Assembly (NCBI RefSeq): GCF_046119375.1
Contig: NW_027362762.1
Coordinates: 441,378,001-441,442,000, forward strand
Length of the DNA stretch: 64,000 nt
DNA from: Phyllobates terribilis
Taxonomy: Eukaryota
Direction of reading: 5' to 3'
A model generated the notes under the pieces. It made no database searches. It had not been told where the DNA came from and was given only the letters and a program-made list of their open reading frames with translations. The position numbers and the translations under genes were made by a program. Below, in pieces: positions 1-13,336 of the stretch; within the stretch, counting starts at the first letter, position 1; each line of letters starts with the position of its first letter.

Positions 1-254
1 AAGACCATTTCCAGTGACTACCTCTTGAAGCTCATCAAGAGAATGCCAAGAGTGTGCAAAGCAGTCATCAAAGCAAAAGGTGGCTACTTTGAAGAACCTA
101 GAATATCAGACATATTTTCAGTTGTTTCACACTTTTTTGTTAAGTATATAATTCCACATGTGTTAATTCATAGTTTTGATGCCTTCAGTGTTAATGTACA
201 ATTTCCATAGTCAAGAAAATACAGAAAAATCTTTAAATGAGGTGTGTCCAAACT
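1..254 (+). mobile_element. 3' end/TIR of a Tc1-like element, same family as the DD38E copy at 45927-47529, running into the gap
   Basis: Near-identical to 47264-47515 and to the reverse complement of 45941-46169. Encodes transposase C-terminus KTISSDYLLKLIKRMPRVCKAVIKAKGGYFEEPRI. Starts AAGACC like the coding-side TIR. Confidence 0.9.
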
Positions 255-393
255 NNNNNNNNNNNNNNNNNNNNNNNNNNNNNNNNNNNNNNNNNNNNNN
301 NNNNNNNNNNNNNNNNNNNNNNNNNNNNNNNNNNNNNNNNNNNNNNNNNNNNNNNNNNNNNNNNNNNNNNNNNNNNNNNNNNNNNNNNNNNNN
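255..393. other. Assembly gap (139 N)
   Basis: Run of N. Confidence 1.
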
Positions 394-1260
394 AGCATTT
401 CTGGTACCCTACAGCCTGCTGCTTCTGCGTCCCTCTGTGAGAATGGCGATTCATTCTCCTTTTCTGCGAAATGGCTGCCACAAAAGCATGGAAACCACAG
501 TGGAAAGCCTGATCCTCCTCTGCCCTTTTTCTATTGTGGAATGGACACAGCATTTGTCACCAGCTGGGCCATTCCACACCAATTGGAAGGTGGGCATGGA
601 GTGCTTCAGACTTTCACATGGCTCCAGATGTGCTTGAGGCAGCCATTTTTGAGAAGAGGAGAATGGAAACCCTCCCCTTGAGAGAATACAAGTGGGGTCT
701 CATGAGAACACGGACCCCATAACGGAAAGGGGTAATTTATTATGGGTTTTTCTGTTCTTAACAGTTATGCTGAAAGGGTTAACAGTTGTTAGTAAGCTGT
801 GCTACTGCATGAGCAGGTTCAAACCGGTTTTATTTGGCTGTCTTGCCGCCTTTTTTTCCTGACCTCTGATTGGCAGTTGAAGAAAAGTGCGGGAAGAAAT
901 TGTGTATAAATATCAGCTGTTGCTAACGGTCAGGATCATCTGTGGATAAGAAGAAAGAAGATCCCTCCCAACCTCCCTATTTATTGTTTCCTTTTCCCAT
1001 CGCGTCGTTTATTTTGAGGGAAAATCGCCCGATTCTGCCGGGTGGATTGGATATGTTGATTATGATGAATTTTCGTTTATGGACTTTCTATTAAATATTT
1101 TTTATGAGTGAATAAAATTATTTTCAAAGTAACCAACGCCGCGGCCATTCTATTCCATGAAATTTAGTGTTGTGTATTTATTTAGTATAAGTGGGTCTTG
1201 TGTTACCATGGGCTGCTGATCCCACAGGGGTATGCAGTGGCAGCAGGACTGAGGGCAACA
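394..1260 (+). mobile_element. Possible solo LTR (5' end in gap)
   Basis: ATTGG 869-873, TATAAATA 905-912, AATAAA 1111-1116, ends ...GAGGGCAACA at 1260. No PBS follows; TSD cannot be checked. Confidence 0.3.
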
Positions 1261-1334
1261 GGTATATGACAACTATACATCGGACAAGCTCTGGAGATTA
1301 ATGTGAAATCAACACAATTTGGAGATTTTTATTA

Positions 1335-1518
1335 GGTCATGGCCCCACTATCAGTATTTGGTCAGTATTCAGTCAGTATTTTTTCTCAGGAGTGGGAGCC
1401 AAAACCAAGTGAGGAACAATCAGAGAAAAGGTATAATGGAAACAAGTCACCAATTCTACATTTATCACCCACTCCTGAGAAAAAATACTGACCGAATACT
1501 GATAGAGGGGCCGTAGCC
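1335..1518. mobile_element. Harbinger-type palindromic MITE, family A
   Basis: Termini GGTCATGGCCCC / GGGGCCGTAGCC. Body shared with 7098-7313, 52229-52419 and 61262-61434. Confidence 0.7.
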
Positions 1519-1590
1519 CTATGTTAACACCAGCATGAAGCCCCTGTGAAGTTACCAGTGGCTTTATTCTTCATACAAGAACTGCAACTA

Positions 1591-1976
1591 AGCTGTGCCA
1601 TGTTCACACAAGTTGTGTTTTTTTCTGCTGCAAATCTGCTGCTAACTTTTCTCTCACAGGAAAACAGCTGCGTTAAAAATGCAGGTTTTGGTGCGTTTTT
1701 TTAACCACCCATTACTTCCTATGGGTGAAAAAATGCTGCAAATACGCAGCAAAATCACAGGTGCATTTTCTGCTGCAAAAACGCTGAAAGAAGTGACATG
1801 CTGTATTTTCCAAATACGCAAGCAAGGCAGAAAATACGCACCAAACAAAAAGCAACGTGTGAACAGAGACTTCTGGTTTCTCATAGACTTTGCTGGTACT
1901 GCAAGACGCAGCTGAAAATTTGCATAAAAATCTGCTGCAAAATACGCAGCAAAACACAACATGTGTGAACATAGCC
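1591..1976. mobile_element. Harbinger-type MITE, family B
   Basis: ...ATGTTCACAC / GTGTGAACATAGCC|TTA termini; homologous to 41197-41706. Confidence 0.65.
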
Positions 1977-2440
1977 TTAGTCTGCAACAAAAAAAGAAGA
2001 AACTGAGAATAGCACATACAATATAACGTGACCGTGTGCAGTTAGTGGGAAGACAATACAGCCTTAGGGCTTATGCAAAGATCCATAGATCTCAGTCCGA
2101 TCTCGGACCACACTGCACGGACTCTGCGGCTCTCCTGACCCGAGCGTGACAGCTTCATGTATTTCTGTGAGGCTGTCACGCTCAGGTCTGGAGAGTCACG
2201 GCCATCATTAACGGCCCAGTTCCACCACTGGAGAGAAGGTTTCATGAAAGAACACTACTCCTTATTCTAAAAGTGAGATTGCATCGGTAGTGACCATGTC
2301 TGATGGCAAAATATTTAAAATTTGTGCCTAAGCATGTTTGGCAGATTGCAGAGAATTATAGCCCATTACTTGCATACTATTAAAATTATTTTAATTTTTT
2401 TTTTTTACCAAAAACATTTGTTTAGCCAGTTCGGCTAGGG

Positions 2441-2623
2441 CAGTGTTTCCCAAACTCCATCCTCACGGCCCCCCACAGGTCATGTTTTCAGGATCTCCTT
2501 AGTATTGCACAGGTGAGAGAATTCCTGATGCCTTGATGATACTTCAATCACATGTGTAATACTAAGGAGATCCTGAAAACATGACCTGTGGGGGTCCGTG
2601 AGGATGGGGTTTGGGAAACACTG
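2441..2623. mobile_element. hAT (Charlie-like) MITE
   Basis: TIRs CAGTGTTTCCCAAAC / GTTTGGGAAACACTG; perfect 8-bp TSD GGCTAGGG at 2433-2440 and 2624-2631. Confidence 0.9.
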
Positions 2624-5600
2624 GGCTAGGGTCACACGACCGTTTTCTCTCCAGGCTAATCAGATTTTGATCAGAGTGGGATCCGTTTTTCTCAGAGGTG
2701 GTGAGGAACAAAAAAAATGTCTCCACCTTCTCTATTCAGTCAGTCTGTGAAAATCAGACTCCACTCAGATGTCATCTGAGTGCAGTCCAGTGTTTTCCAC
2801 GAACCCATAGAGTTGCACTGACAATTTTGATCCAACACTCAATCAAATTTGGACACATCAAAGATTCAGAGAGAGCTTTTACCTGCTCCAAAGTTTGGGT
2901 CCCCATTGATTTCAATGGGTTCAGGTTCAAGTTAGGGTACAGTTCTGGTCCCTGAACCAAATTTTTGACTAAAATTCGGTCTGGGAACCAGAACCCAAAC
3001 TTCCACGGGGACGCTCATCACTAATCCTTACTGCTTTGCCTCCTCGCTGTAGAATTGAATACAGACATACTAACTTTCTCATAAAATCAATTGAGCAGGA
3101 ATAAGTAGACGCCACTTTTTTTTTTGGGGGGGGGGGGGGGTTCAGACGACATTAGCTTCCGTTATCCCTGATTAGCTCTGTAATCTGACTTTAGTAATCC
3201 ACAGGGCTTTCAGATTCATTGCTCAATGATGTATTTAAATTAACAAATTGACAATTTCCAGAATTCTATTTGATGGATGAGGGAGAACGGACAAAGAAAG
3301 TAGATGTCTGATTATATGATCATCTTTATACGGGACCTTTCACATACATAGGGACATGAACAATTAGACTCCGGGATACACAAAATCAAACATCACTTCC
3401 CTAGATAAATCATTGCATGCACTTAAATGCTCTAAGGGAAAGATTTGTCCATGGTTGCAAGTCTTACTTGTGTTTCCCATTGCACACAAGGTAATGTCAG
3501 GACAGATCACATGCCATGCATTGCTTACCACTAACTTGATGCTTGTCACCCTCAGGGATTTTCTTTGGTGTGTTTTGTAAGGCTTTACTGGGTGGAGTGG
3601 ATCAGTCACAGCTTCCTGCTTCTCCTCTTCATCCCTCCCCTATAAACCTTGAACATGATTCTTATTAGCTGGAAAAGTGCTGAATCAGTGCTGCAGTTTG
3701 TGGGACAGATAAGGTCATGTATGCACTAAGCATGCCACTCACACTACCACTACCCATTACAAGTACACACCCTGGCCCCTGGGTAGTAGATTTGCTTCTA
3801 GTAATGTTAAATATAATGTCCATCCACAGCCACAATAAACAGAACAGCAGCAATATCTGCATTGTCATTCCACACCCAGAAGTTGGTGCCAGAATTAAAT
3901 GCAGCCCTTTTCGGCTCTTATTCACTGATACATTATTGAAGGATTCATTTTAGATTTGTAGTTTTGGATATTCACTGCTTCCCCTCGTACCGCACTGTAG
4001 AATATGTTAGAACTACATAGATAAAGAAAAAAAAAATTGTTTGTCTGCCAAATGTAAAGAAAGCTCCTGGGACAGCCAGCAAACGTCTCCATAAGCCCCC
4101 ATTTTGCATTAGGCCTCTGTCTGGGGTGGTATACATTGGTATTCCATTTTTCTTTTGCATAGAATAGAAGTCTGGGCATGTATGTAATATTTTCTTTTTT
4201 TGGATACTTATTCGAAACAGTTAGATGGGGTAAATGGAGCGCCTTCATTAGGCTTCTCACGCAGTTGCAGCAGCAGCATTTTTATTATCCTACTGTTCTA
4301 CCCAACTGAACATTGATCACTTAAAAAAACACAGGAATTTCATTTTCATAAAACAAATGCTAAAATGCAGCTGTAATAAAATAAAGTCTCATGCAGGTGT
4401 CCATTTTCTTTTTTTCTTGTACAGTAGAAGAAACCAACCAACTTCCATGGGCTTTTTGGATCCAATTTATCAGTTTTTCTCATATGCCAAAAAAAACCAC
4501 AAAAACAATTGATGGAATTTTTATCCATTAATCTGAATTGGTCTGAATGTAGCCAGAGTGGATGAAAATTCTAAAAGTTTTTCCAAGTGATTTTCTAGTG
4601 TCTAAAATTGCAAAATTTAGTGCAAAGGCACAAGAATGTTGCAACTGTTCGCTCTTTTAGGACTGCCCTGTCACTTCTGTGAATGAGCCAGTTTTTCACG
4701 GTTAGCACTCGTACCTATGGCAATCTATGGGGCTACTCACATATCCGTGATTCTTTGCGGACCAAGTAGTCCTTGAAAAATCATGGAAACCGGTAAGATA
4801 TTGATCCAAGTGACAGATGAAACCCAGCAATGAAAGTCTAGAACTCCGAGAGAAAAAAAACACAGACCGCACTCAGATGTCATTCGTTTTGCACTGACAG
4901 ATACGAAAGAAAAGTTTCTGCATCAAACGCCTTCTCTTATCACTAAAAAATAAAACTGCTGAAACTATAAATGAAAATCACTGATGACTTTCGGACCGTT
5001 TTCCTCCTATGTCAAAAAAAAGTCTCAGGCATCATAGTCCACCAGCACTAAGTAACACAAGAAAACGCTCCTAATATACATCAGAAACAGACAGACAGCC
5101 AAAACAGTGTGCCAAGTTTATTACCTGATGTGTGTATTGTAATAAGTTTGGAACATCATACTCTAGTAGATGTTTTGTTCAAGACTTGCACATGAAACAG
5201 TCTAGATAAAATTTCCCCATTATTTTAAATTTAAAAAAAAAAAAAATCTACTGCCAAGACATTGAAAACAGTGAACCAGAGTAAGAAAACCCTGAGGTCC
5301 ACAACAGGCTGGTCACTAAGTGGTTAAAACATTCAGCATTAGCATAATACAGTTTGGCTGACTAAGTTGTCTAAAGTTAGTGTTCACACTACGATGAGCC
5401 GCTCAGCTCAAAAAAAAAAGTTTTCACAAAAAAAGTGCTCGTGAAACACCTAAAGACTCATCCCATACGGTCAGTCTTTTTAGTTCACTTTAGACTTTTA
5501 AAAACACCAAGAGTTTAAAAGTGACTGGTCCATTCTGCAGGCGGTTTCCATCCTTACAAGTCAATGGGAAGGCTAAAAATCACCCATAAGACACTTGGGC

Positions 5601-6535
5601 AACTGAGTGGTTAAGAGTTTCCTTCAATAAATCGCTATAGTTTTACTTATTGCTGAATGAAATTGCTTAATGAAAGTCTAAGTCACGGAGAGAAAAATAC
5701 TAATAGAAGCTTAAAAAAAATAAACACATGACACTGAGAAAATGCCAGTCAAAGATTCATGAAGTGTCTTCTGCTTGAAAACAGGATGTTTTTTACTGCC
5801 AGAAAAAAAATAAAACAGTGTGAACATGCCCATAGGGTTTGGCCAAATGGCGTGGTTGGCCCATGCAGCTAAAACTCCGTCCGTCCAAATCTAGCCAATG
5901 GCAGCACTCACTCAGCCCCACTTTAAACATGAAGCTAACCATCCCAGCAATCAGCCAAGTACATGGTGTATAGCATTGACATCCCACCGCTCTATACACC
6001 ATGGTGTGGTCATTTAAGGGTACTGCAGCTCAGCTCCCACTAAAGTGTATGGCAGAACTTACTGCCGAGGTTTCCAGCCCCCACCAAGCGGATATCCCAA
6101 GGACAGGGCATAAACATGTCAGTCCAATCAACTCAAATACAGCCGATTTAGTTCAGGACAAGTTTCTTTTGGGAGAGAAAGGCCAGGTGTGAACAATCCT
6201 TGTGGTGGACAGCAGTCAGTAGCAAAGTAACTGAACTGGTTTAGTTGTAAATTTGGGTTTTTAAAGTGCCCTTACACAAGTGTTGACCGTGATGTGCACA
6301 CAATTCGCTGATGCCTAGGGGCGTCATATTTATCTACACCTGTTAACACCCAAGTGCGGAGCTCTGCTTCAATGCATTTCAACGCCTCAGCCAGCATTAT
6401 TGTTCGTATTGGGTCAGAAAATAGGAAATAGCACGTCTGCGTTCAGAACAAGCAGGATTACATAAAGTATAGAGCTTTGGCTCTTGTAAATGTCAAAAGC
6501 AGAACAAGTGTGTAAAATAGTGAAGTAACCTCACC

Positions 6536-6808
6536 AGTAATGATGAGCACTTGCGCTCATTACTGGAGTTGGTCTAGAGTGCTCGGGTATGAATAGTATC
6601 ATGGGTGCTTGAGTGCCAAGTTAGACTCCCCACAGCCACGTGTTTCATGGCTGTTAGTCAGCCACAACACATGTAGGGATTCCCAGTGTTTGTCAGGCAA
6701 TCCCCACGTTTTGTGACTAACAGCTGCGAAACATGCGGGACAGGGACTCAAACATGTCACTCGAGCACCCGCAACAAACTCCGGTAACGAGCACTTGCGC
6801 TCATCACT
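6536..6808. mobile_element. Palindromic MITE with AGTGATGAGC-type termini
   Basis: AGTAATGATGAGC... / ...GCTCATCACT|A; internal inverted repeats. Confidence 0.55.
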
Positions 6809-6995
6809 ACTCAGTTCTCATAGTACGACGCCTCGCTAGCCTATAACTGACATCTTTCTTGCATATATGATAGAAATTTTGTTAACCCCTTCCTGCTAAG
6901 CTGCATCCACTTTTTACAATGGTGTAAGAAGGGCATTATAATATAGTCACAAATTTTGGCACTAGAGGCATGAATCGAAATTTGTTAATACAACG

Positions 6996-7033
<38 letters not shown>

Positions 7034-7097
7034 GTGTAGAACCCACAGTAAATACCACCTCAAGAGATCCTAAGCCTGGAGTCAGATTTCATGTTTA

Positions 7098-7313
7098 GGG
7101 CACAGCCCCACTATCCGTATTCAGTCAGTATTTTTTTCTCAGAAGTGGGAGCCAAAACCAGGTGAGGAACAACCAGAGAAAAAGGTATAATAAATGCAGA
7201 ATCGGTGACTTGTTCCTATTATACCTTTTCTCTGGTTGTTCCTCATCTGGTTTTGGCTCCCACTTCTGAGAAAAAAAAAATAATGACCGAATACTGATGG
7301 TGGGGCTGTGGCC
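7098..7313. mobile_element. Harbinger-type MITE, family A
   Basis: TTA|GGGCACAGCCCC ... GGGGCTGTGGCC|TTA. Confidence 0.8.
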
Positions 7314-7925
7314 TTAAAGCTAGACTTTTGCAGCTCGATGCGGACTCCCTTCTGTTATGCAAGTGTACAAAACCAGGTTCTCAAGGTGAAAACTATTCCT
7401 AATGATAGAATATTCACGTCAACTACCACAGGGATCTTCTGCATAGTAATGTCTCCTAAAGGACAAACTTGAGATGCAAGCCGCACACAGCTCGGGGAAC
7501 ATTTTTCAAAGTCAGGCTCATGGACAATAATGTGTATTGTTCCATAATGGATAGTAAACTGGTTGTCTCACCACAATATCATTGCTCACAATTGCATACA
7601 AAGGAGAGCAGAGGCTTTTGTCATTGATCAGCCCTAGTAAACAAGTGGAGGCTGACCAGCGTTGGATTTATACTTTGCTATATAGAGACACACATTTCAA
7701 TTAGCCATTTAAATAAAGTTGCCATGTTTGGGCGCAATAAAGCTTCTAATTTCAAGAACAGTAAGGCCATATCATGTATTTCTTCATTTTCTGGTTTCGC
7801 ATGTATTGATGCTCTCCAAAACTTAGATAAAACACCAGCAAATACACTCTACATTGTACCCATGTTATAAAAATCAGTCACTTCTAAAAAAGTACCTATA
7901 AACTGGAGAAGCATTCTTCTTAGAT

Positions 7926-8602
7926 CAGGGGTGGGTAACCTTAGGCCCAGGGGCAGTTCATGGCCTGCGAGGACCTTTTCTTCTGCCCCCAGGCACCGCA
8001 ATGCTTGGGCCGGCAGCTGTGAGTGACATACTTTGTCAGCAGAGTTAAGACCCCGTCTCACATAGCGAGATCGCTGCTGTGTCACGGTTTTGGTGACGCA
8101 ACAGTGACCTCACCAGCGATCAGGCCCCTGCTGTGAGGTCGCTGATCGCTGCAGAATGTCCTGGACCTTTTTTTGGTTGTTGCCCTCCCGCTGGTCAGCA
8201 CACATCGCTGTGTGTGACCAGCAGGAGCAGCGATCAGGCTGGTAACCATGATAAACATCGGGTTACTAGGGGCACGTGTGCCCCTAGTAACCCGATGTTT
8301 ACCATGGTTACCAGCCTGCTCCTGCTTCAGCAGGCTGGTAACCAGGACATCGTGGAAAGAATCTTTCCACGATGTCGCTGCTCCCCTGATCGTTGGTGAG
8401 CCTGCCTGTTTGACAGCTCCCCAGCGACCACATAGCGACGCAGCAACAATCCCTGACAGGTAATATCGTTGTCGGGATCGCTGCAGCGTCGCTATGTGTG
8501 CAGGGGCCTTTAGTGCATAATTTGTATGACCCCCGGATGTTTGTATAAATATCCAAATGGCCCTTGGCAAAAAAATAAATAAAAGGGGGGTCCCCACCCC
8601 TG
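7926..8602. mobile_element. hAT MITE containing a nested Harbinger-type MITE (8049-8508)
   Basis: TIRs CAGGGGTGGG / CCCACCCCTG; TSD TCTTAGAT / ACTTAGAT (7/8). Nested element G(A)CCCC...GGGGCC with an approximately 100-bp internal hairpin at about 8232-8325. Confidence 0.8.
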
Positions 8603-8657
8603 ACTTAGATGCAGGACCACCACTTTCCCTGCAGGGTAAACTAGGTGATGTACTTTA

Positions 8658-9016
8658 GGCCTCATTCAGACGTCCGTGTTGCACTTACCTGTTCCATTTG
8701 TGTTTTTCACGGATATAACATGTACCCATAGTATATGGAGCTGTTCACACGTCCACGTGTTTTCACAGACTATGTCGCCATACAAAACCTATGGAGACAT
8801 ATCAGTATTGTTCCAATATCATGGCTAAAAAAATGCCAAGTCAAGGGCTCCAGGAAAATCAAGGACATAACATGGATGGCATCAGTGTACCATCCGAATT
8901 GCTTCTATCTTTTACAGTGTTAATTTATCCATCCGTGAAAAACAAGGATTGTAACACTGGACACTGGTACCTTTTTTTCCACTTACGTATTTAAACACAG
9001 ATGTGTGAATGAGGAT
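8658..9016. mobile_element. Harbinger-type palindromic MITE
   Basis: TTA|GGCCTCATTCAGACGTCCGTG ... CACAGATGTGTGAATGAGG. Confidence 0.65.
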
Positions 9017-9173
9017 TTAGAGCTGGCGATTTGCTTTAAGAGAATGCTGGACATGTCAGTGGTATCTCAAGAGGTCTCATTGGTGTGGACCCTCTACCAA
9101 CATTGTCAAAGAAATTAAGTCCATTGTCATGCACGCAAATAAAGTTGGAGACGTTACGAAGAAAAATATGAGG

Positions 9174-9179
9174 TTTAAT
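9174..9179 (-). terminator. mdh2: Candidate mdh2 polyadenylation signal ATTAAA
   Basis: About 230 nt after the stop codon on the minus strand, followed by U-rich tracts (ATATTTTTCTT, TTTATTTG). Confidence 0.5.
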
Positions 9180-9407
9180 TCATTATTTGAATCTCAACAG
9201 TATCTGCTTTATGTCGGCATCTGATGTAAGTGCAGTCATAAGAGCCCATTACGTATGCTGCGAGGAAGTCTGTCCGGTAGCAATCATTCATACCAGGCAG
9301 CCATCTTGAACAAGACAGACCTCTTTACAGCATATAAAGTAGGGTTCTCGCCTAAAGTGTCACATTTCAATAAGTTAATGGAAGCCATCTTCCTGTACAG
9401 GGAACAT

Positions 9408-9539
9408 TTACTTGAAGTTCTTTGCAAAGTCTTCTCCCTTTTTAATAGAACCTTTCAGCTCTCCCATAGCTTCTCCTACCAGCTTCTCTTCAAAGGCTGA
9501 CAGTTTCCCCAAGCCCAAGTTCTTCTCAATGCCATTTTT
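9408..9539 (-). CDS. mdh2: mdh2 exon 9 (132 nt incl. TAA)
   Basis: AG|[43 protein letters not shown]. Confidence 0.97.
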   Translation of the reverse strand, partial: KNGIEKNLGLGKLSAFEEKLVGEAMGELKGSIKKGEDFAKNFK

Positions 9540-9602
9540 CTATTAACAGAGAGAAGGGTTAAGGGAGAAACAAAATCATCGATTCTGAATTTATTGACAT
9601 TA

Positions 9603-9785
<183 letters not shown>

Positions 9786-9850
9786 TTAAAGGATGGAGAA
9801 CAGCAGTAACTTAATTTTAGCACCTTATGTCAAATTAAAAAAAAAATTAA

Positions 9851-10800
9851 CCCCTTCAACCCTGGGCAATTTTTTATTTTTGTTTATTCCTCCCCTTCTT
9901 CCAAGAGCCATAACTTTTTTATTTTTCCATCCCCATGGCCATTTGAAGGCTTGTTTTGTTGTACTTTTGAATTACATCATTTTATCATGTGGTGCACTGG
10001 AAAGCGGGGGGGCGGGGGGGGGGGAAGAGTGTTGAAATTGAAAAAAAAAAAGTGCACTCGCACAACTTTTTGTTGCTTTTTTTCTGTATTTACCATGTTC
10101 ACTTTATGGTTAAACTGACCTGGCAATAGGATTTCCCCAGGTCATTACAAGTACACAGATGCCAAACACGTATAGTTTATTTTTATTGAATTAGTGAAAT
10201 TGTTTTTTGTAAAAATTGCTTTTGTTGCCACCCTCCCTCCCTCCCCCCCATCCCTGAGACCCATAACGTTTTCATTTTATGGGATATGGGGCTGTGTGAG
10301 GGCTTATTTTTTGCGCCCTGGATGTCGATTTAACGGATACCATTTTGGGGTAGATATGTTTTGATTGACTTATTGCAATATTGCGACGGCCAAAAAAAAA
10401 ACACTTAATTCTGGTGTTCGGATTAATTTACTTTATATATAGATAGACTTCTACGAACGCGCCAATATCAAGTGTGTATTTGTTTTTTAATTTTCAATAG
10501 GGCAAATAAGGAGTGTGATTTGAACATTTGTTATTTGTTTCCCCTTCATATTTTAAAACACTTTTTTTTCACTTTCACAGGAGAATCATAATGACAGCTT
10601 GGGGTCTGCTGATGACCCCCGTGCCTGTCATGAAAGCCCATCGGTGCTCTGTGATCACATCACGGGGAGGCTAATGGGAGACTGGAACGACGTGCCCCTC
10701 TGCTGGTGCATGTCAAATGCTGCTGTCAGCAGCATTTCACAAGTTAACAGCCAAGGGCAGAGCCTAGATGTTAAAGGAACATGATGGCTGATTAAATCAG
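9851..10800. mobile_element. piggyBac-like non-autonomous element fragment filling mdh2 intron 7
   Basis: Starts TTAA|CCCCTT. Related segments occur at about 24650-25160, 35340-35920 and 48900-49760. Right end not found. Confidence 0.5.
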
Positions 10801-10848
10801 CCATCATGTGCAGGGACTAGAAATAGAAGCAGATAACAGAGTGGCCTA

Positions 10849-11040
<192 letters not shown>

Positions 11041-11504
11041 TCACAATAACCAATCTGATCCAGTTATACAGATATATACCATTAAAGTGAACAAAGGCCA
11101 TGCTCGTTAATAAATTATTTTACATCTCTAAATAATCCGCAGATCAGTGGGGGTCCGGGGCCAAAAATGTTCACTTTAGGAGGCAGGAGCGCCCATCTCA
11201 CATGAGTGCATGCACAGACTGCTTTATGGTCTGATACTTGCTCATAGAAAACAACCAACCAATATTTTAAACTATGCACGAATAAAACTAATGTTTTACG
11301 CCCGAAATCTGAAATGCACTTTGGTTTTGCCAAAATACAACAGTACCAGCAAATACTCCCTTAATAACCAATTCTACTTCATCTTAAAAAGGACACCCGT
11401 GTATACAGATTGAACTTTGCAGAGTCATAGCCACGATCTGTCGGCAGCACTAGGCCCACTTGTTTTTCTCAGATATATGAAATTGGGAGTTTGTCTAAAC
11501 CTAC

Positions 11505-11582
11505 CTGAGAGATTAGTGGAATAATTGTTTTGCCAGCATGTCCACCAACCACAGGAACATTGACACGAGCTGGATCCAGCCC
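11505..11582 (-). CDS. mdh2: mdh2 exon 6 (78 nt)
   Basis: CAG|[26 protein letters not shown]|GTAG; contains the catalytic His (GGHAG). Confidence 0.97.
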
Positions 11583-12123
11583 CTGAAGGGAAAAAAAATA
11601 GGATATGACACAACAATGTCTGTATTAGGGTAAGGGAGTAGTGGAGATAACTAGGGCGGGATAGAAAATTATTCTGCTAAAATATTTATTGCAAGTAAGA
11701 ATTAGATGTGCAAAATAGTAAAATTATCTAAAGTGCTACTTCATCTTGTAGTTCTGTGTTGCAGATTAGGGCCTTTAGGTTAAGTTCCCATGAGGAGTTT
11801 TGGACGCTATGAATTTTCGCTGCACAAAAAACAAAAACGGCAACGCCTTAAGAGTACAGCAAGGTGAACGGGATTTATAGAAGTCTCATCCCCACTATAC
11901 TTTTTTACGCTGCGTAAACAGACCTGCGGTGCATGTTTGTAATCCATAATATGTCAATTACTTTTGTGGGTACGCTGAGTTTTCGGTCTGGATTTTCCCA
12001 ATAGCATTGCATTAAATGTGGAAAATCCGCAGGTAAAACAAAACAAATCACACATTTTTAGTGTGTTTCCACTGAGTAAACACACATGTAATCGGAACAT
12101 GACTATCCATAAAGTTTTGTTAA

Positions 12124-12533
12124 AAGTGTTGTCTGGTTCAAGTCGATAAGTCTGCAGTGACTGTAGACTTATGAATCCCCCCCAGAAAACGCTCTGTGCA
12201 CTGCAGGGATTCGCCGGTTTCTGACCTGAGACCAAAGGGCATGTATGAGTTATACATACTCCCGGCCAGTGGGCGATGCCTTGCTCCCATACACCTGTAT
12301 GGAGCGAGGCCACGTCCTTTAGTCAGCCGGGTCACTAGACGGGGCATAGCCTTGCTCAATACAAGTGTATGGAAGTTAGGGAGCACCCACTGGCCAGAAG
12401 TTTTGTATGACACATACATGTAGGTATAACCGGCGAATCCCTGCAGTGCACACAGTGCGAGCACTGGGGGATAAATAAGTCTGCAGTCACACAGAGTGAC
12501 TGCAGATTTATCAATTTGGACTGGATTACTCCT
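12124..12533. mobile_element. Kolobok/T2-type palindromic MITE
   Basis: TTAA on both flanks, right end CTGGATTACTCCT|TTAA; homologous to about 21859-22300. Confidence 0.6.
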
Positions 12534-12608
12534 TTAAAGCCAAATACCAGCAAGTCTCAAAACCAAAAGCAACTGATAGTGATACTGATAGTGGGGCTGT
12601 GGCCTTAA

Positions 12609-12653
12609 AAGCACCATTCCAGCAGTGAAAAAAAAAAATGCTGGAGTGGTGCT
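12609..12653. mobile_element. Ultra-short (about 45 bp) Kolobok/T2-type MITE
   Basis: TTAA|AAGCACCATTCCAGCA-gtg(A)n-TGCTGGAGTGGTGCT|TTAA. Confidence 0.65.
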
Positions 12654-12760
12654 TTAAAAGAAGGCAAAGAACAACATTTAAAAATAACCAGCAAGTAACC
12701 CAATAGGTGCAGAAATACTACAGAAAATCTGCAATATCAAAACGTGGCAACGTAGACTTA

Positions 12761-13018
<258 letters not shown>

Positions 13019-13226
13019 CTAAATGTCCGCAGCTCTCCACATTCACTTCTATGGGAGCTCCAGAAACTGCAGAGTAGATGGAACTTTTATATGTGACAGC
13101 CATAAATGACAGATGGGGATAGCCTTTAAAGTTTGGAAGGGGGAGATTCGACATCCAATTTGCTGTCAAAGAACTTTTCTCCGACACTCAACTGCAGGGG
13201 TAAAACATATGCAAGAATGAACTCAC

Positions 13227-13336
13227 TGGATTTGCAATGATGCAGATCATGGCTTCTGGACACGTTTTTGCACAAGCATCAGTGAGAGTGGCAACAATAG
13301 ATGCGTTGGTGTTGAAAAGATCATCACGGGTCATCC
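13227..13336 (-). CDS. mdh2: mdh2 exon 4 (110 nt)
   Basis: CAG|(G)[36 protein letters not shown]|GTGAGT. Confidence 0.98.

Noticed and set aside
3125-3140. Long G runs (also about 10003-10024) as G-quadruplex elements
   Set aside because: Simple homopolymers, prone to sequencing error, with no supporting context.
1-9400. SRRM3 coding exons (neighbour of MDH2 in human)
   Set aside because: No cwf21-like or other recognisable coding sequence found.
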